A stretch of 64,000 nt of DNA from Podarcis filfolensis (Eukaryota): the NCBI GenBank assembly GCA_964270895.1, contig OZ185443.1. The stretch is one strand, 5' to 3'. Position 1 is the first letter of the stretch, and each line of letters starts with the position of its first letter. Position numbers and translations under genes: made by a program. The notes under the pieces are model-generated. The model saw nothing but the letters and a program-made list of their open reading frames with translations. It had not been told where the DNA came from and searched no databases. Below, piece by piece: positions 50,605 through 64,000 of this stretch.

Positions 50605-51773
50605 CTAGCAGAGGAGTACCAGGTTGATGGCAGTAGTGACAGGAACAGATGTGTGGGCACTTGCAAGTCTTGCCACCAATCTTGTGATTTCCCTGCCCTC
50701 ACTGCCATGCCCCAAACTGGCTCCAGGGAGTGGTTAGGAGGGCAGTGCGCCACCACGCACCATGACAACATAAAGTGAGAGTTTGCTCATTGCTTAACAC
50801 CTACAAATCTTGGAAGGACACATAAGCTTTCCTATTTTGCTGCTTATACAAGTCCAGATAGTCTTATTTTTCTCTTCCGAAAAGGGATGAGAAACTATCT
50901 TCGGCAAGAAAAGAATTAATTAAATCAAGCCTACATAAATTCTCTCTCATTAAGAGAAAGGAAACTGCAGGGTGGGGGGAGACTTCCTGGAGATGCCAAA
51001 GGTTTTAAAACTAAGTTACGCTACATGGTCTAAATGACTTCTTGATTTTAGACTGCAGGTTCTAATTACACTATCTGCTGCAACAATTTTCCTTAAATTG
51101 AAGCTCGGTACAGACATTGTGCCAACATCCACAGCAGGAGCATTAACAAGGAATGAATGATTGGAGGTTACCTTTAACAAGGAAAGGGTCACCAACAAAT
51201 CACACTTTCTGAATATTGCTGAGGTGTATTTTTAGCTTGTATACAACATGCAACCTTTAAAATGAGTTTTCCTTCTGTTTCTTGAATAATACAGAGTTGC
51301 CTGTCTTGTGTCTGTCTGTTTACTCTGCATTTGGAAACCTTAAGATATTGTAACCAAATTTTGAACAGTGGGTCCTGAGATCGAAGGCAGGTTTTCATCT
51401 ACGTTTAGATACAAATGGATGTCGTTTTTAATCAAGATGGCAGACTAACCCTCTCAAAACTGCACTGCCTTTTTTTGATTCCTAGGATTCCCAAGCAACT
51501 CAAGTATCTACTCACCAGCTTCCCCCCATGGAGATTCTAACCCACTATTGTGAAGGCCATGTGAGATACAACTGCACTGGGGAGGGGAGGGTGTCACACA
51601 GTAAATTAAAGGAAAATAATGCTAAGGAAACTGTTGCAGGTTATGGAAGGGGTTTATGTCCAAAAGCAGAAATCCAGTGAACTACTGCCCTGTATAGGGT
51701 TCTGATTTGCCTGCAAGAAATTATTCATAACAGATTCAGTTCTTAGCATGGCAAGGCAGTAACACAGTCATAC

Positions 51774-51922
51774 CTAGCCCATATCCTTCATACATCTGTC
51801 TTTCACGTTCCATAGTCTGTTTGATGGCTGTTTCTCTGGAACTGTGCTGTCTGCCCTGCCGTCCTTTAATACTGTTACGCAGTTCAATCTGCTCCAACTC
51901 ATCGCTGAAACGCTGCAAATAA
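51774..51922 (-). CDS. TMA16: TMA16 exon 5, 149 nt ([49 protein letters not shown])
   Basis: tgttacag|T TAT...CTA G|gtatga. Most conserved DUF2962/Tma16 segment. Confidence 0.97.
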
Positions 51923-52077
51923 CTGTAACACAGTAAAAATGTCAATGTGGGGAAAGGTTTTCATCCTTCAAACATTACACCCTTGCAGTTGCTCTACAAA
52001 GCCCACAAGAACCAGCTCTAACAGAGGTCTTAAGTACTGGCACCTTTTTAACAACAACAACAACTCACTGTCTATAC

Positions 52078-52213
52078 CAGGGTTTCCCAAACTTGGGTCT
52101 CCAGCTCTTTTAGAATTACAACTCCCATCATTCCTAGCGAGCAGGACTAGTGGTCAGGGATGATGGGACTTGTAGTCCAAAAACAGCTGGAGACCCAAGT
52201 TTGGGAAACACTG
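52078..52213. mobile_element. Palindromic hAT MITE, 136 bp
   Basis: CAGGGTTTCCCAAACTTGGGTCTCCAGCT...AGCTGGAGACCCAAGTTTGGGAAACACTG, TSD gtctatac/ctctatac. Confidence 0.92.
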
Positions 52214-53426
52214 CTCTATACCTATGATCTATATACATCACAAGAGTGAAGAACCTCTGGCCTGTAGGACAGATACAGCCCACAGGGCCTTCTGCTCCTA
52301 GCTCCAACTCCATGCAGCTATTAGGCTTGAAAAATGCCTTCCACTGGCACTGAAGTGTTAACTGCTTGGGGGTGGGGTGGCAGAAGGGGTTGCAGACAGG
52401 CACCTCTGAGATCACCCTCCCTCTGGAAATCCCTGATGAAGCAATTAAGATTTTCTAAAGGACTTACACTGGCTGCAAAGGGAGGCTTCTTCAGGTGTCA
52501 TTGCTGCAAAGGAAAGGAGTGGAGGAACAAGAGCAGCGTGGTGTGGGTGTTTGTGTGTGAGAATATGAATGAATGAATGTGTGCTATGTGAGAGACTTGG
52601 GGTTGCCCCATCCACTTTTGGCTCCACTCATAGCTGCCATGTAGTGACGCCCTCCATCTGAAAAGCATTCCCCACCCATGATTTCACATGACAGAGCAGG
52701 AGAAAGCTATGAAGGGAACAAAGTGGCAGGGTGAAGCCACTATGCTAGCTTCCCAGAAGGTAGAAATAAAATTGGAGAGTACAGGGCTATTCATGCTTCC
52801 AGGATAGTACCATACACACTCACACTAAAGCCTGCTGTAGGAAGAGCAAGGTTGCTGTCTTCTCACCTCTTCCTCTTGATAAGCAACTGAGACTCGCTAG
52901 CTGGGAAATTGTCCCAGCTCCTCCACCCCACCCAGTAAGCAGCTTTCGGAAGGAGAAAATAGACCTGTGTCACCTCTTTTGAACACATTTTCACCAACCA
53001 TAGTGATTATAACATCAATTCATTAAGTACTAGATTGCTTATGCTGCTTTCACTTACTTTCCCTATCTCCTGGCTTTAAACAACTTAAATAAAAAACGAG
53101 GTCAAGTATTTCACAGATACTTGTAAATAGGTGCAAAATAATTATGCGCAACTGAAATAAAATGATTCTGGAACATTAATGAGCTAAGGATTACTAATTA
53201 TTACAGTTACTTTTTTAGCCATGTAATACTTAAGTCTTCTACAAAGTCATGAAAACTGAGCGCACATAAAATGTTGAAATAAGACAAGAGTTGGTGAACA
53301 TCAAGGGGAAAATAATGGCAAAGGAAAGGCATCCCATGCATGTAAACACCAGCTGGGAGAATGCACCTCATCACTCTTGCTTCCACCAAAACAGGCCTTC
53401 TGTTTCCTTGTGTGCTGCAAACTTAC

Positions 53427-53511
53427 TTTTCTGTTAGTTCACAGACTTCTTTTTTTGTGTACTCCACTTTGTCGGGATCAAGGTGACTTTGAAACCAAAG
53501 CAATTTTTCCC
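53427..53511 (-). CDS. TMA16: TMA16 exon 4, 85 nt (EKLLWFQSHLDPDKVEYTKKEVCELTE)
   Basis: ttctgttatag|GG GAA...GAA AA|gtaagt. Confidence 0.94.
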
Positions 53512-55416
53512 CTATAACAGAAAAAAAGGGCTCAAGAGCTTACTACACCTGTTATATAACACAGGTGAAGTAAAAGCCTTCCACTGTTTCTGGAACAAAT
53601 CAAAGATAAATATTTTAAGGGACAGTTAGCTAAACGATGAGAACTTGTTCCACAGAGTTGTATGGGATCCAAGAGTGAAGTCTCGGCTCCCGGACAGGCC
53701 TCTGCTGCCAACTCCCATGCAGTGGCTGTTAGAAGACAAAAGGTGGTCAAGAGCAATGCATTTCCTAGAAGTCAGAAGAATGTCCAAGAGGCATGATGGG
53801 TTATGGCAATCTTTTGTCACTTATTTTATCTGCCAAGGACAGTCTTTAATTCAGCTCAAGGATATCTGCTATAAACCCCCAAATGCAAACAAGGTATGTG
53901 CAACATATATTACAGGAAGAGACGAATATCAGTTCAGACACTTTTACACATGGAGTAGGTTCACACATCTGTCCTGCTGCTTACTTTTCTCTATGCAACT
54001 GCTCTTAAACATTCTCAGACCAACTGCATAAAGTAACATAACATGTGACAATATAAATGGATACACCCAGAGGGATTTTGAGTAGTAGCTGCAACATTAA
54101 AAAAAAAAAAATCATATTTGTGCCACCTGATTGTGTGACTCCAGTTGAGTTCCTTGTCTTGATTGAAAAAAGTATGAGCATGTTCAGGATTGATGGCGTG
54201 GAGAAAGCAACCAGCAGGATGCATGTGGCAAGTGCACTGTAGCTTTCCCATCTTATGGATGCCATAGGGGTTTTACCCATCCAAAGGCTAGGTCTCCCAA
54301 AATACAATGAGACATCTGAACATCCTACAGTTCCACAATGCACTAAGATGCCTAGGAAGATGGAGAACTTTTAACGTTTTCAGCAGAGGACTAGGTGGCC
54401 ACTTATGAGAATCAACTAGATATGCTGTGAACAGGACATAGATTACCTTTATCAAATGTTTATCCAAGCTATACTTTACAAAATGGTAAAGTGTCAAGAA
54501 CCACTCTTCTTAAGATTTTGTAGTTACCTGTTTTTAGATAGGAGCAGAGAAGCAGCACAGCCAAGACTGACTTCCTGCACAAATGTGACAGTGATGTTCC
54601 TAACTAAAACTTCAATATGCAGGAGCCGTGTCTGCTGTTAATGCTAACAGTGAACAGATAAAACTGCACCATCAGACAATTTAGTCCAGCCAGCCTAACA
54701 CTGCTTGCCAGGATATGCCATAACTCTTCCTATGTCGAAGGAGGTTCTTCCCTACCCTTCTACCCAACATCCTTTGTGGGGAAGGAAGGAACTTGGAACC
54801 TTCTGCATGTAAAACGTATGTTCAACCACTGAGCTGCAACCTTTTCCCATTCCCTCACTGAAGGAGAAGAAAGAGGAGCCAGGCAAGGTATTTGCTAGTT
54901 AAGCATCTTGGCAATGTGATGCGGAAAACTAAGTCCACTTGCTTGTAAAAGGCAAAAAAGTTTAGATGCACTAAGTGTGAGTAATGGCAAATCAGAACTT
55001 TAGAAATGCTGATGTTTGTTTGTTTTAAAAAAAAATCACACAACACAGTTTCCAAGATGCACACTTTAAATCCAAAGCAAAAAGCTGATACCTTTAGCCA
55101 CATGTGGCCAAATTCTATTTGCAATTCTATTCTGAAGGATGCCAAAATGCCCACTGCAGCTCCACAAGGAAGCAGTAATAGAAATGTCTGCAAGTGCTTC
55201 AAAGAACAGACATCAAAGGAACCAAGTATCCTAGTAGCAGTGACTTCACCAGCTTTCATGAAGCCAAGCTGAGAGCATTGTCATTCTAAAGGTATAGAGC
55301 ATGTTGCCTTATGTAGGCTGCCTTTTTTCCAGAAAGGCTTAAAGGCTTAAGGCATGCTACAAAACTTAATTCTGCTGAACTTGGAGCCTAAAAATAAAAT
55401 AGTTTTTCACACTCAC

Positions 55417-55454
55417 CCATAACGCTGAGACGATAGGCCTTTTCATTTTTCAAC
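55417..55454 (-). CDS. TMA16: TMA16 exon 3, 38 nt (LKNEKAYRLSVM)
   Basis: tttgcag|G TTG AAA AAT GAA AAG...ATG G|gtgagt. Confidence 0.93.
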
Positions 55455-57016
55455 CTGCAAAAGGATAGCTCCAATTTAAATATTCCCTATATAAAGAACT
55501 TATCTCTCTCACATACGCAAACACACACATAGCGGGGTGGAAGACAGAATGGTAAGATTAAATTTCTCACATTCATGAGAAGGAGGCAGAGTTTTACAGT
55601 GGTTTCACTCCTGCTTATGGGGTCAGTACCAAAGAGCATTATTGGGTCACTGTGGCTCAGCCCCCTGCAGGATGCCATAAGGCACAAATCTGTCCCCAGT
55701 GCTATTCAAAATCTATATGAAACCACTGGGGGCGGTTAACAGGAGATTAGGATCAGTATACTGATGATACCCAGCTCTATTTTCTCTTGTAATAGCTGAT
55801 ACAGGCGAGGCCATGCCTGAATGCAGTTAGAAAAATAAAGTTAGTCATCCATACTATGACTAAGTTTACTAGCATTGCTATTCCACAAATTCAGATTGTG
55901 GCAGATCTTCAGAGAAGCTGCTAGTGGGAGTTCTTGAGGGGAGGCATAGCTGTAAGTAGATGAGGAATGAAGTAAATATTGGGGGTGAGAAAGGAAGAAA
56001 AATTATGCATCATTTGCTAGAGTCTCCAGAAAGTCCTCTTCTGTCAGTTCAATATTTTCCCTTGAAGTATTTTTGCTCTTTTATAATCTTTTATTTCAAT
56101 AGGTGAGCAATATATATTTACAATAGAAATAGCATTACACGCCTACAAATGCCATAAATACTTTCCCATATAATAGTCAACGGAAGCAAAACATCATTAC
56201 TCAGGAAGACAAGGTGAACACCTTTGAAAGAGCATCCTATATGTAAAAAGCTCTGCATGTCAACATGAAGGCGTATATTTCTAGGATATAAATACAGTTA
56301 GAATCTCAGTTGACATATTACTTCTTGTGAAATACAGAAATGTCCTGGCACTTTAAAATATGTGCATGATCCATGATTCACTGGCAATATAGATGCTATT
56401 CTAAGAGTCCGCCTGTATATTAAAACTATGTAACAGAAAAGCGTGCTTTTTTAAGGTCACAAAATGTTAAAGATTATTATGAAGTAGTGCAAATGGGTTC
56501 CTTATACCTTCCTCTCTCTGTGTACCATCACCTTTCCCACCCCCCTCTCACACGTACCAGACCTGTATAAGGCTTTCATGGGCTGTAAACCTGATCCATA
56601 CAGCTGTAAAACAGGAGAAGCCACTGTGATTGTCTCTGGTACTGCTGACTTTGATGTGCTAGCTTCTCCTCTTCTACCTCCTTTCCTGGGATCTAGTGAG
56701 CCCATTTCACCCAGAGCAGGTACTGTGTAGAAGCTCAGTCAATCTGCATTTGCAGACCTTTAGCAGACGCACCTTCACAGCATTCGCTCCATGAAAAATG
56801 CAACCTCACTTCCCCCACCCCTTCCACATACATGCACACAGGTACGTCAAGAATGTGCAAGCCAAGAAAGCACTGCTTTTCTGGAGCAGGATGAAGTGAA
56901 TGTCTACACCACCTGTCCAATGTCTCCCAATTCTCTACTCCAACTGCATTTGCCTACCCTGTATCTGAAGCCACTCCTGAAAATTCCCTGACATACAGCG
57001 AAAGGGGGCAAAAAGA

Positions 57017-57080
57017 TACCTGCATTGCAGGGGCTTGAACTAGATGACCGTCATGGTCCCTTCCAACTCTACAATTCTGT
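57017..57080 (+). mobile_element. CR1/CR1-SINE 3' tail fragment
   Basis: cctgcattgcaggggcttgaactagatgacc...ggtcccttccaactctacaattct. Confidence 0.75.
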
Positions 57081-57513
57081 TCCTTCGAAAACCACATGAG
57101 AAATGTCAAGCATTATAAAACTGAATCATGAGCAATGGTAATATCTTCTGACAGTAGCTTTTGTTGATGCAGACATCAGAAAACAGTTATGCTGGAGAAT
57201 ATTTGTGCAGTGGTTGCATGGTCAAGATGCAACAGGTTGAGAGGAAGGCCTTTCAGTAGCTTGATGTTTTCCATCACAGCCTCTAATGTGTCAGCAATCC
57301 TGTGAGATCACAGGCGAAAGTGTTTATGGCCTTAGTGGTAATTGGCTGTCAGGGAGCTATCTACCTGTAAATTCATCTTATTGTTAACCCACTTTAAGAG
57401 AAGCTTTGCAAACTCAGTTATTTCTTGACATTTCTAGGGCAAGAAAAATCTCTGAAGAACCCAGCAGGTCAGTATTTCTCTTCCCTGCCTCTGAAGAGTA
57501 CAAAGGGACTCAC

Positions 57514-57626
57514 TTTTCCTTTCTTTCTTGTTTGTGTGCTTCTTTTGTAAGCTGAGCAGCTTTTCTGCTGTAGGGATGGATGACTTTCTTCTCCTGTGCT
57601 CCCCTTTTGCCCTTTGCTGCTTTAGG
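57514..57626 (-). CDS. TMA16: TMA16 exon 2, 113 nt (PKAAKGKRGAQEKKVIHPYSRKAAQLTKEAHKQERKEK)
   Basis: ttttcag|CCT...GAAAA|gtgagt. Contains the conserved TMA16 motif HPYSRKAAQ. Confidence 0.96.
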
Positions 57627-58550
57627 CTGAAAAAAAGAAACAGAAGAAAGACACAGTAAGAATTTTGAGAAGTATTTTCCTTCAAAGGCTTCTTGGGAGT
57701 TATTGCATGCGGGTGAAAGGCAGCTCAGAAGCAGCAGGACCTGATGAAAAATAAACAAACATTCTATTTACCAAAGTAAGGGTTTAAAATGAGAGATTTT
57801 AATAGACTCAACGTATTTAACCTTCACATATTGATGAAATACAAACACACCCACTAAAACAATAAAGCTATTATCTGAGATAAAGCAAATTTATATACCA
57901 ACAATAATTTCTAAATGCATAGCTGATAAGACTTATTCCCGATTATTATTCCCCATTGCTAACAGACTGGATCCTGAACATTGCTGTCATCATGTGGCAG
58001 CAATGGACTTGATCTACGTCTTTGCTGCACCACCCTGGGAACTGGCACAGTGAAGGGCCAATTTTTCTTCCCTTCCCACCCCCAGTAAATTTCACCCTGG
58101 CTGTATGTGCAATGGGATTGTGGGGGTGCTACTGGCTACACAGCTCCTGTTGCAGTCTACCTTTTGAAATGTTAGTGATAATAATCAACACCCTTGATGT
58201 GTGTTGGTGACAGTGTTATTCAGTTTGTAGGATTGCTGCCAAAACTAGGTTTACAATAATGAGAACATACTAACAAATATTAGAAGGAGCACTAAAAACA
58301 ACCAAGGGAAGAATTATGAACAGGATCTATATAAGGCACTTGGTAATTAATCTAAAACAACCACTATGGGTGTTCAGTTTTTACATCTGCATTAAATGTG
58401 TTGTTGTCCTCCAACTCCACAAACACTTACAGATACATCAGCTTTCAGAATCCCAAGACTCTTAACTGTGAACTAGGAAACAGCAATGAGATGCACTGGT
58501 GGCCTTACTCTCTGCATAGTGTCTAGCAAGTGAATGGTATTCTAATCACC

Positions 58551-58598
58551 GAGAGAGAGAGAAAGAGAGAAAGAGAGAGATAGGAGAGAGGAGAGAGA
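58551..58598. repeat. Imperfect (GA)n tract
   Basis: Direct reading. Confidence 0.9.
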
Positions 58599-58657
58599 TG
58601 AAAAAGGTACATACTAGGATAATCAGAAGAATCTAAGAGTAGATGCATTCAACACAG

Positions 58658-59080
58658 AAGAAAGGCTATGGTGTTTGAGCTTTTTAGAGGGAAGAAAAAG
58701 ATGACCAAATAGAGACATTGACAAGGTGTACACAATTATGGGTAGAATAGAACAGGGTGGGGAACTTCCCCTATCACTCATATACCATATGTGACAACTA
58801 GCTGGGGCTATCTGCTCTGTTGCACAGGTGATCCAGCCATGTCTTTACGTGCCCCACAGCTAAGATTACTTATGAAATCAGGAGTGGGGCAGGTGGGGAT
58901 GGTTTGTGGAAAACTACCACACTGCCAAATTTAGCCTGTGGGCCAGAGTCACCTGTTGTAGAGAAAATTGAGATTTTTTTCCCTCCCTCTTCCTTAAGAT
59001 TAGAACTTGGGGGTCACTCTGTGAAACTGATTGTCAGAAGATTAAGAATAGATAAAAGATACTTTTTGTTGCAGAGAACC
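58658..59080 (+). mobile_element. Degraded CR1 ORF2 C-terminal remnant
   Basis: ERL...KVYTIM and GHSVKLIVRRLRIDKRYFLLQR resemble CR1 GHSMKL...FRTDKRKYFFTQR. Confidence 0.62.
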
Positions 59081-60469
59081 AATGACAACTGCAGTCTAGG
59101 ACATACGAAAATTCTGTATAACTTCCAGGAGCCATTTCCTTCTCCCTCAGTTTTCCTCAGTACACTGGTGACAAGAAAAACAGCACGTGAAGTCTTGGTG
59201 TCTATTCACAAATACAATGGGCAAAGCAAATTCAGCATGCTGTTATCCTGCCAGCTACTCTGGAATAGAAGGGGCTATAACTTAAATAAGATGAAAAATA
59301 TTGAATTGCTAAAAAGTTTTTTTCCCTAAAAAGAGAGATAAAGATGAGTAGCTAGAATAGAATGAAAACCTACCACTATGAAGAAAGAAAAAATACACTG
59401 AATGGGCTATAAAGCAATTACAAACATCAAAATAAAGTTTATTTCTGGATTTATAGTAAAGTATATCTTGTATTTGTCTCCTGCAGGGAGAGGGAACCAG
59501 TAGCCTTCCAGATGTTGTTGATCTTCAGCTCCCATCATTCCTAGCTAACATGGCTGAGTCAGAGATGATGGGAGTTCAACAACAACATTCTTGGTATAAA
59601 AAAAGAAAGCCAAAGACAAAACTGCACACCCTATATTAGCAACTTCATTAACAAATGTAACAGTTGCTTAATTCTTCTATTTAAATGTATTTCTGTAAAA
59701 TCAGGCATGATTTTGGTTAAAGGGTGTATTTTACTAAGGTCCATTATGAGAATTGGAATAGCAACATTTTATGTATTCATACCACAGAAGGATACCATAA
59801 AGGCTGCATTATCCTGAAGCAATTTTTAAAGTCAGAAACATTATGATGCACTCATATTCAGAGATCAAACTGGATGTGCAGGGCGGGGGTTATATAACTG
59901 AACGTTAGCTCAACACATATAAAACCCGAATATCTTGGGAGAAGGCTACACTTGGACCCTTCTACCTATATGCTGTCTTTCCACAAGGATTGTCCTGTTG
60001 ATTATGTAGGATGGCTCCAATATAATTTAACCTCAAGTGTATTCTTTGACACAATCTCCCTATTATCTTCCAAACTCAATTCAAGATTAAAGGTTTGAGT
60101 AAACGGCCCTTCGTGCTTTCTCCCTTATATTCTGTGTCAATCACCAAGAGTTCTAAACCACACTATTATTCTATGTACAACAAACTTTCCCGGAGTCTTG
60201 CGTAATGAAAAGCACATTTCCACCTTGGCAGGCTTAGTTTAAGAAGGGGGTAATCATTTTCCAAACATAGTGTTCCATCACATTTTTTATTTTACTGCCA
60301 GCCAACTCACACAGTTGGGGGACATCCAGAACTAAAATAAAAATGTGTTTGCTCTGCAGCAAATTATGATAATGGGTTGCGCAGGTGGTGTGTTTTTCAT
60401 TTTGTATTCAGTACAGTATTACTGGGGACATTTTTGAAGAGCATGACAATCAAAAATAGAAGTATTGCA

Positions 60470-60560
60470 CAATGTAATCCTATGCATCTCTTTTCAACAG
60501 TATGTCCCACTGAGTTCAATGGGGCTTACTTCCAGGTAAACAGGCACAGGACTATAGCCT
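60470..60560. repeat. Short hairpin-type interspersed repeat (other copies near 2755-2820, 9535-9600, 22025-22090, 62400-62460)
   Basis: Recurring aatcctatgcat...aagtaagtcccattgagttcaatggggcttac...ggattgc motif in both orientations. Class not determined. Confidence 0.6.
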
Positions 60561-60879
60561 TAATTTTCTCTGAAGCATTTCAAATCAGATTTTATATTTT
60601 TCCATATGAAGCCAAAACATTTCACCTCCTCTTCTGAATTTCTTGTGATGATGAAAAATAGTCAAAAGCAGTTATTTATGCACATATGCTGCCCAATAAC
60701 AGTAATGTTTTGCAGAAATTTCACTAAGTTTAATGGATAGAATTTTAGTTTTAGACAGCAGCACTGAGCATATTTAGTCAGAAAAGATCCATGAACATAA
60801 CATCAATGAGACTTATTTCCAAGTAAAGGCTACTGGTGGTTAAGAATGAGTAGCATCACCACACTATTCCATACTGCAG

Positions 60880-61095
60880 CAACTAAGAGACTGGCCTACA
60901 AATCAGAAGTAAGGAAATTTAGATCTCACCTCTGTCATAAACTCACTAGGTGGCCTGAGGCAAGACACTCTCAAACTCGATCCCACCCCATCTGCAAAAT
61001 GGGGGATATTTATATTGACTTACCATGCAACATTATTGTAGGAACTACAATTACACAATACAAGTGAAGTGATTTGGGTACTTTAAAGTGCTACA
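60880..61095 (+). mobile_element. Old MIR-like SINE remnant
   Basis: ...ggcaagacactctc...catctgcaaaatggggat...aaagtgct, a MIR/CORE-like layout. Confidence 0.5.
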
Positions 61096-61939
61096 AAATT
61101 AGTATTGCTTCTTATTGTTCATTTTTATTACTCATTACCAAAATAATATAATGATTCAGTTCACAAAACATTTCCACATAACATGTAAAAGAAGAATGGT
61201 CACAAAGATGTACTTGGAAGTTTTGAGGGGGAAACCTGTTAAAATCTAAGACAGGACTTCCCCAAAAATACCTGAAGGACTCAAAGAGAGACTTCACTGC
61301 CCCCTATAGGTTCTTCATCTTCCCTAAAACTAGCAGAAATTGTGCAAGAGAGTAAAAATATTATACAGTGCAGAGAATAACCTTTTCTTGTAGCATCTGA
61401 GCACAGATGCTACCAATAACTTGCCAAATACCATAGATAATCTAGAAACAAATGCTGCAAACACCTGATATGGGCTGGCTGTTAGCTAGCAGTGAATAAC
61501 CTCTAGTGATTAAACATGTGCTCATACACAAGCAATAATACAGACAACCATTTACTATATGCAGTACTTTTCCACAATATATGGCAGCCAGGTTGGCTGT
61601 AGCATCTTCTTTCTTACGTACGTACTTATTTACCCATGCCTCCATCCTTTCCCCTCTTCCCTCCCTACCCCCTTTTCCACTGCGTGTTCTGTGTTTTAAG
61701 ATTGTAAAACCTGTAGTCAGGGACTGCCTTGTTTCAATTGATGGCCAACGTAAGCCATTCTGGGAGGCTCTTTGACTGAAGAGCAGGGCACAAATGTTCT
61801 CCACAAACATTAAATAACCATCATCGACAGGACACAGCCAGTTACTAACTTACTAAGCACAAGTGGTGTTAAATTACTGTTTCTTAAACTGCGTGCACAT
61901 GGGTGAAGGGACGGACCATTGTTAACCATTTGCAATGTA

Positions 61940-62174
61940 CAGTGGTACCTCAGGTTACATATGCTTCAGGTTACATACGCTTCAGGCTACAGACTCCGCT
62001 AACCCAGAAATAGTGCTTCAGCTTAAGAACTTTGCTTCAGGATGAGAACAGAAATCACACGATGGCACAGCAGCAGCGGGAGACCCCATTAGCCAAAGTG
62101 GTGCTTCAGGTCAAGAACAGTTTCAAGTTAAGAACGGACCTCCAGAACAAAGTAGTTAACCCGAGGTACCACTG
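61940..62174. mobile_element. Tc1/mariner-pogo type MITE in TMA16 intron 1
   Basis: TA|CAGTGGTACCTCAGGTT...AACCCGAGGTACCACTG|TA. Confidence 0.88.
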
Positions 62175-62459
62175 TAGTTTCCAGGCATGTCTGCTTAGAA
62201 ATGAGTCAAACTGAATTCACAGTAGGACTCAAGTCCTGATGATGATGATGATTTATTGAATTTGTATACCGCCCTATACCCAGAGATCTTATATATATAT
62301 CCTATACCCAGAGGTCTTATATATATACCTAGAGGTGTGTGTGTGTGTGTACGTACACACACACACACCCCAATAATTCCCTCCCCTCCCAGATAGTAGC
62401 AGTTGCAATCCAATAGCATTTGCCTAAACTGAATTCAACGGAATTTACTTCTGAGTAGA

Positions 62460-63070
62460 CATGAAAGTGTACGTGGGGGTGCGGCCTGCTGCAGTGGCCG
62501 CAGCAGTTCAGGGGCCCCTTAAGGGACAGAAAACCTATTTTTGGCCAGAGCTTTCGTGGGTTGCAGCCACTGGAAACGAGCCGAAACAGGCCTGTCTCTC
62601 TCGCACGGGCCTTTGCTGCGACAACCGCGCTCGGTAAAGGGCCGCCTACATTCCCCCTCGCCTCCGCTCTTTCCAAAGCCCAATCGCCCTCCCGAGCTCA
62701 CCATGTTCGCGGAGGAAGAAACCAAGCAGAGCTTCCCGGCACGCGCGGCGTGCGCCTCAGAGTGGGGGAAGGAGTCCGTCGCTGTAAACCACCCGGCTAG
62801 ACCCTGCGACCCACGAGCGCTCGGTTCCGCTTCCTACCTCCAATTAACAGCAGCCTCCCGGTGATTCGCCGCTGGTTGCGTCACTCCTGCTTCCGAGCTG
62901 TGATTGGGGGGAGCGGGTGTTGCTCAACCGTCAGAAGAGCGAAAGTACCCGCCCGCTTGTTCAGTCTTCTTTTAGCTGCGTGTGCGTCGAAAAAGCGCAA
63001 AATACGCGGGTTGCATGTGTGCTATTTGCCCCTTATGAGCGTTTACAGTAGCTCCTTTAGCGATCAAAAG
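62460..63070 (-). promoter_or_regulatory. TMA16 CpG-island, TATA-less promoter and 5' UTR
   Basis: The largest CpG-dense tract outside TEs, and it spans the ATG exon. Tandem ETS-like GGAAGCGGAA (minus, about 62826-62835), CCAAT (ATTGG about 62903-62907), TGCGTCA, GC-rich NRF1-like GCGCGGCGTGCGC. Confidence 0.85.
62702..62704 (-). CDS. TMA16: TMA16 exon 1 coding part (ATG only)
   Basis: Minus strand ccgcgaacATG|gtgagc inside the CpG island. Joins exon 2 in phase 0 to give MPKAAKGK. Confidence 0.9.
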
Positions 63071-64000
63071 GATCCTTTAGAATGAGAGCTATTCAGTTCT
63101 AGGTCTGTTTTTAAATTAGCTCTCTGGTGAGTTTTATTCACAATAGCGCCTGCATGCACAGAACTTTAGAGCACATTGAGAGCGCACACACGAATCCTGG
63201 AAACAAGTTTATCCCTGCTCACAAAACTGCAGTTCCCAGCATCCTTAACAAACTGTAGCTCCCGTGCTTTTGGCAAGTGGTGCTTTGAATGTGCTTTAAA
63301 AGTGTGGTGCGTATTTCATCCACCACTAATTTGGCCCCCCCAAGAACATGAACTTCTATTTTGAATTCAAGAAATGAGTCCTTTTCAGGGGAAAAGGCAG
63401 GGCATAAAGAAATAAATTGTAATAATAATAATCCTACTTAGAAGCGGCCACCTACCACGAGGTTGCAGGAGGCTGAATGGTTGTTGCTGTTCTTTTAACT
63501 TAATTTATTATTCAGTTTAGCCCCACATTTCCTCCAGGGTACTACTGGTCTTATTAAAAAGAAATAGCAGTAGGTCCCCATAATCCACTAGACACCCACC
63601 CATTGATAAAGTAAATTGGGACAGGGCACTTGAATCAGCTAGCAAAACAAGCATTCAAATGTACTGTTGTTTATTTGTATGTCATCTTTCCATAGCAAAC
63701 TATGGCCAAGTTGACTCACAACAGTAAAATGTTTTCACAAGTCCAAAATGGTTTTTCTGGAGGGTGCTACAACTCTCAAGAGCACATAGGTGGTTAGAAG
63801 CAAGGGTGGCACTCCCCCCATTTCACCACCATAGGCAAAATGGGAAGTGTTGCCGCTGCCTCCGCTCCCACCACTGCTGCCACCACCATTCCTGCCTCCA
63901 CAGCTGCCTACATCACCTGCTCTGCTGCCACCCTGCCGCAGCTATGACTGGTGAAGTGCCACCAGCATGGGCACACATTTCAGGCAAGATTGCACCCATT

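Noticed and set aside
62329-63085. Several 68-115 aa ORFs at the TMA16 promoter, suggesting a bidirectional partner gene
   Set aside because: Expected in a CpG island. No homology recognised and no exon chain downstream on +.
1-64000. CRISPR arrays, rRNA, snoRNA/miRNA, numt or endogenous viral ORFs
   Set aside because: No repeat-spacer array, no recognisable structural RNA and no long non-host ORF. Covariance-model and translated searches would be needed to exclude degenerate cases.

Overview
AT-rich vertebrate genomic DNA, almost certainly a squamate and most likely a lacertid lizard (Sauria SINEs, a Squam3-like SINE with a (CTT)n tail, Bov-B, CR1, L2 and Penelope remnants). It holds two convergent genes. 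On + is the 3' part of MARCHF1 (RING-CH E3 ligase; coding exons 2639-43558, first exon outside the window). On - is the complete 7-exon TMA16 (62704-47917, 603 nt, 200 aa) with a CpG-island promoter. All exon boundaries were read from the sequence, follow GT-AG and join in phase. Introns are full of short TEs (hAT and Tc1/mariner MITEs, LTR-like elements, SINEs, LINE 3' ends). I found no clearly new gene system. The best leads are: (i) a 750-nt in-frame MARCHF1 cassette exon carrying its own copy of the first RING zinc ligand; (ii) a splice-acceptor region that doubles as coding sequence for an internal-promoter isoform; (iii) an orphan ORF/acceptor/poly(A) module at 20.4 kb; (iv) neighbouring SINEs with the same CR1 tail but different tRNA heads; (v) a Penelope fragment truncated inside a hammerhead-ribozyme motif. 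Homology statements come from memory of the families, not from database searches.
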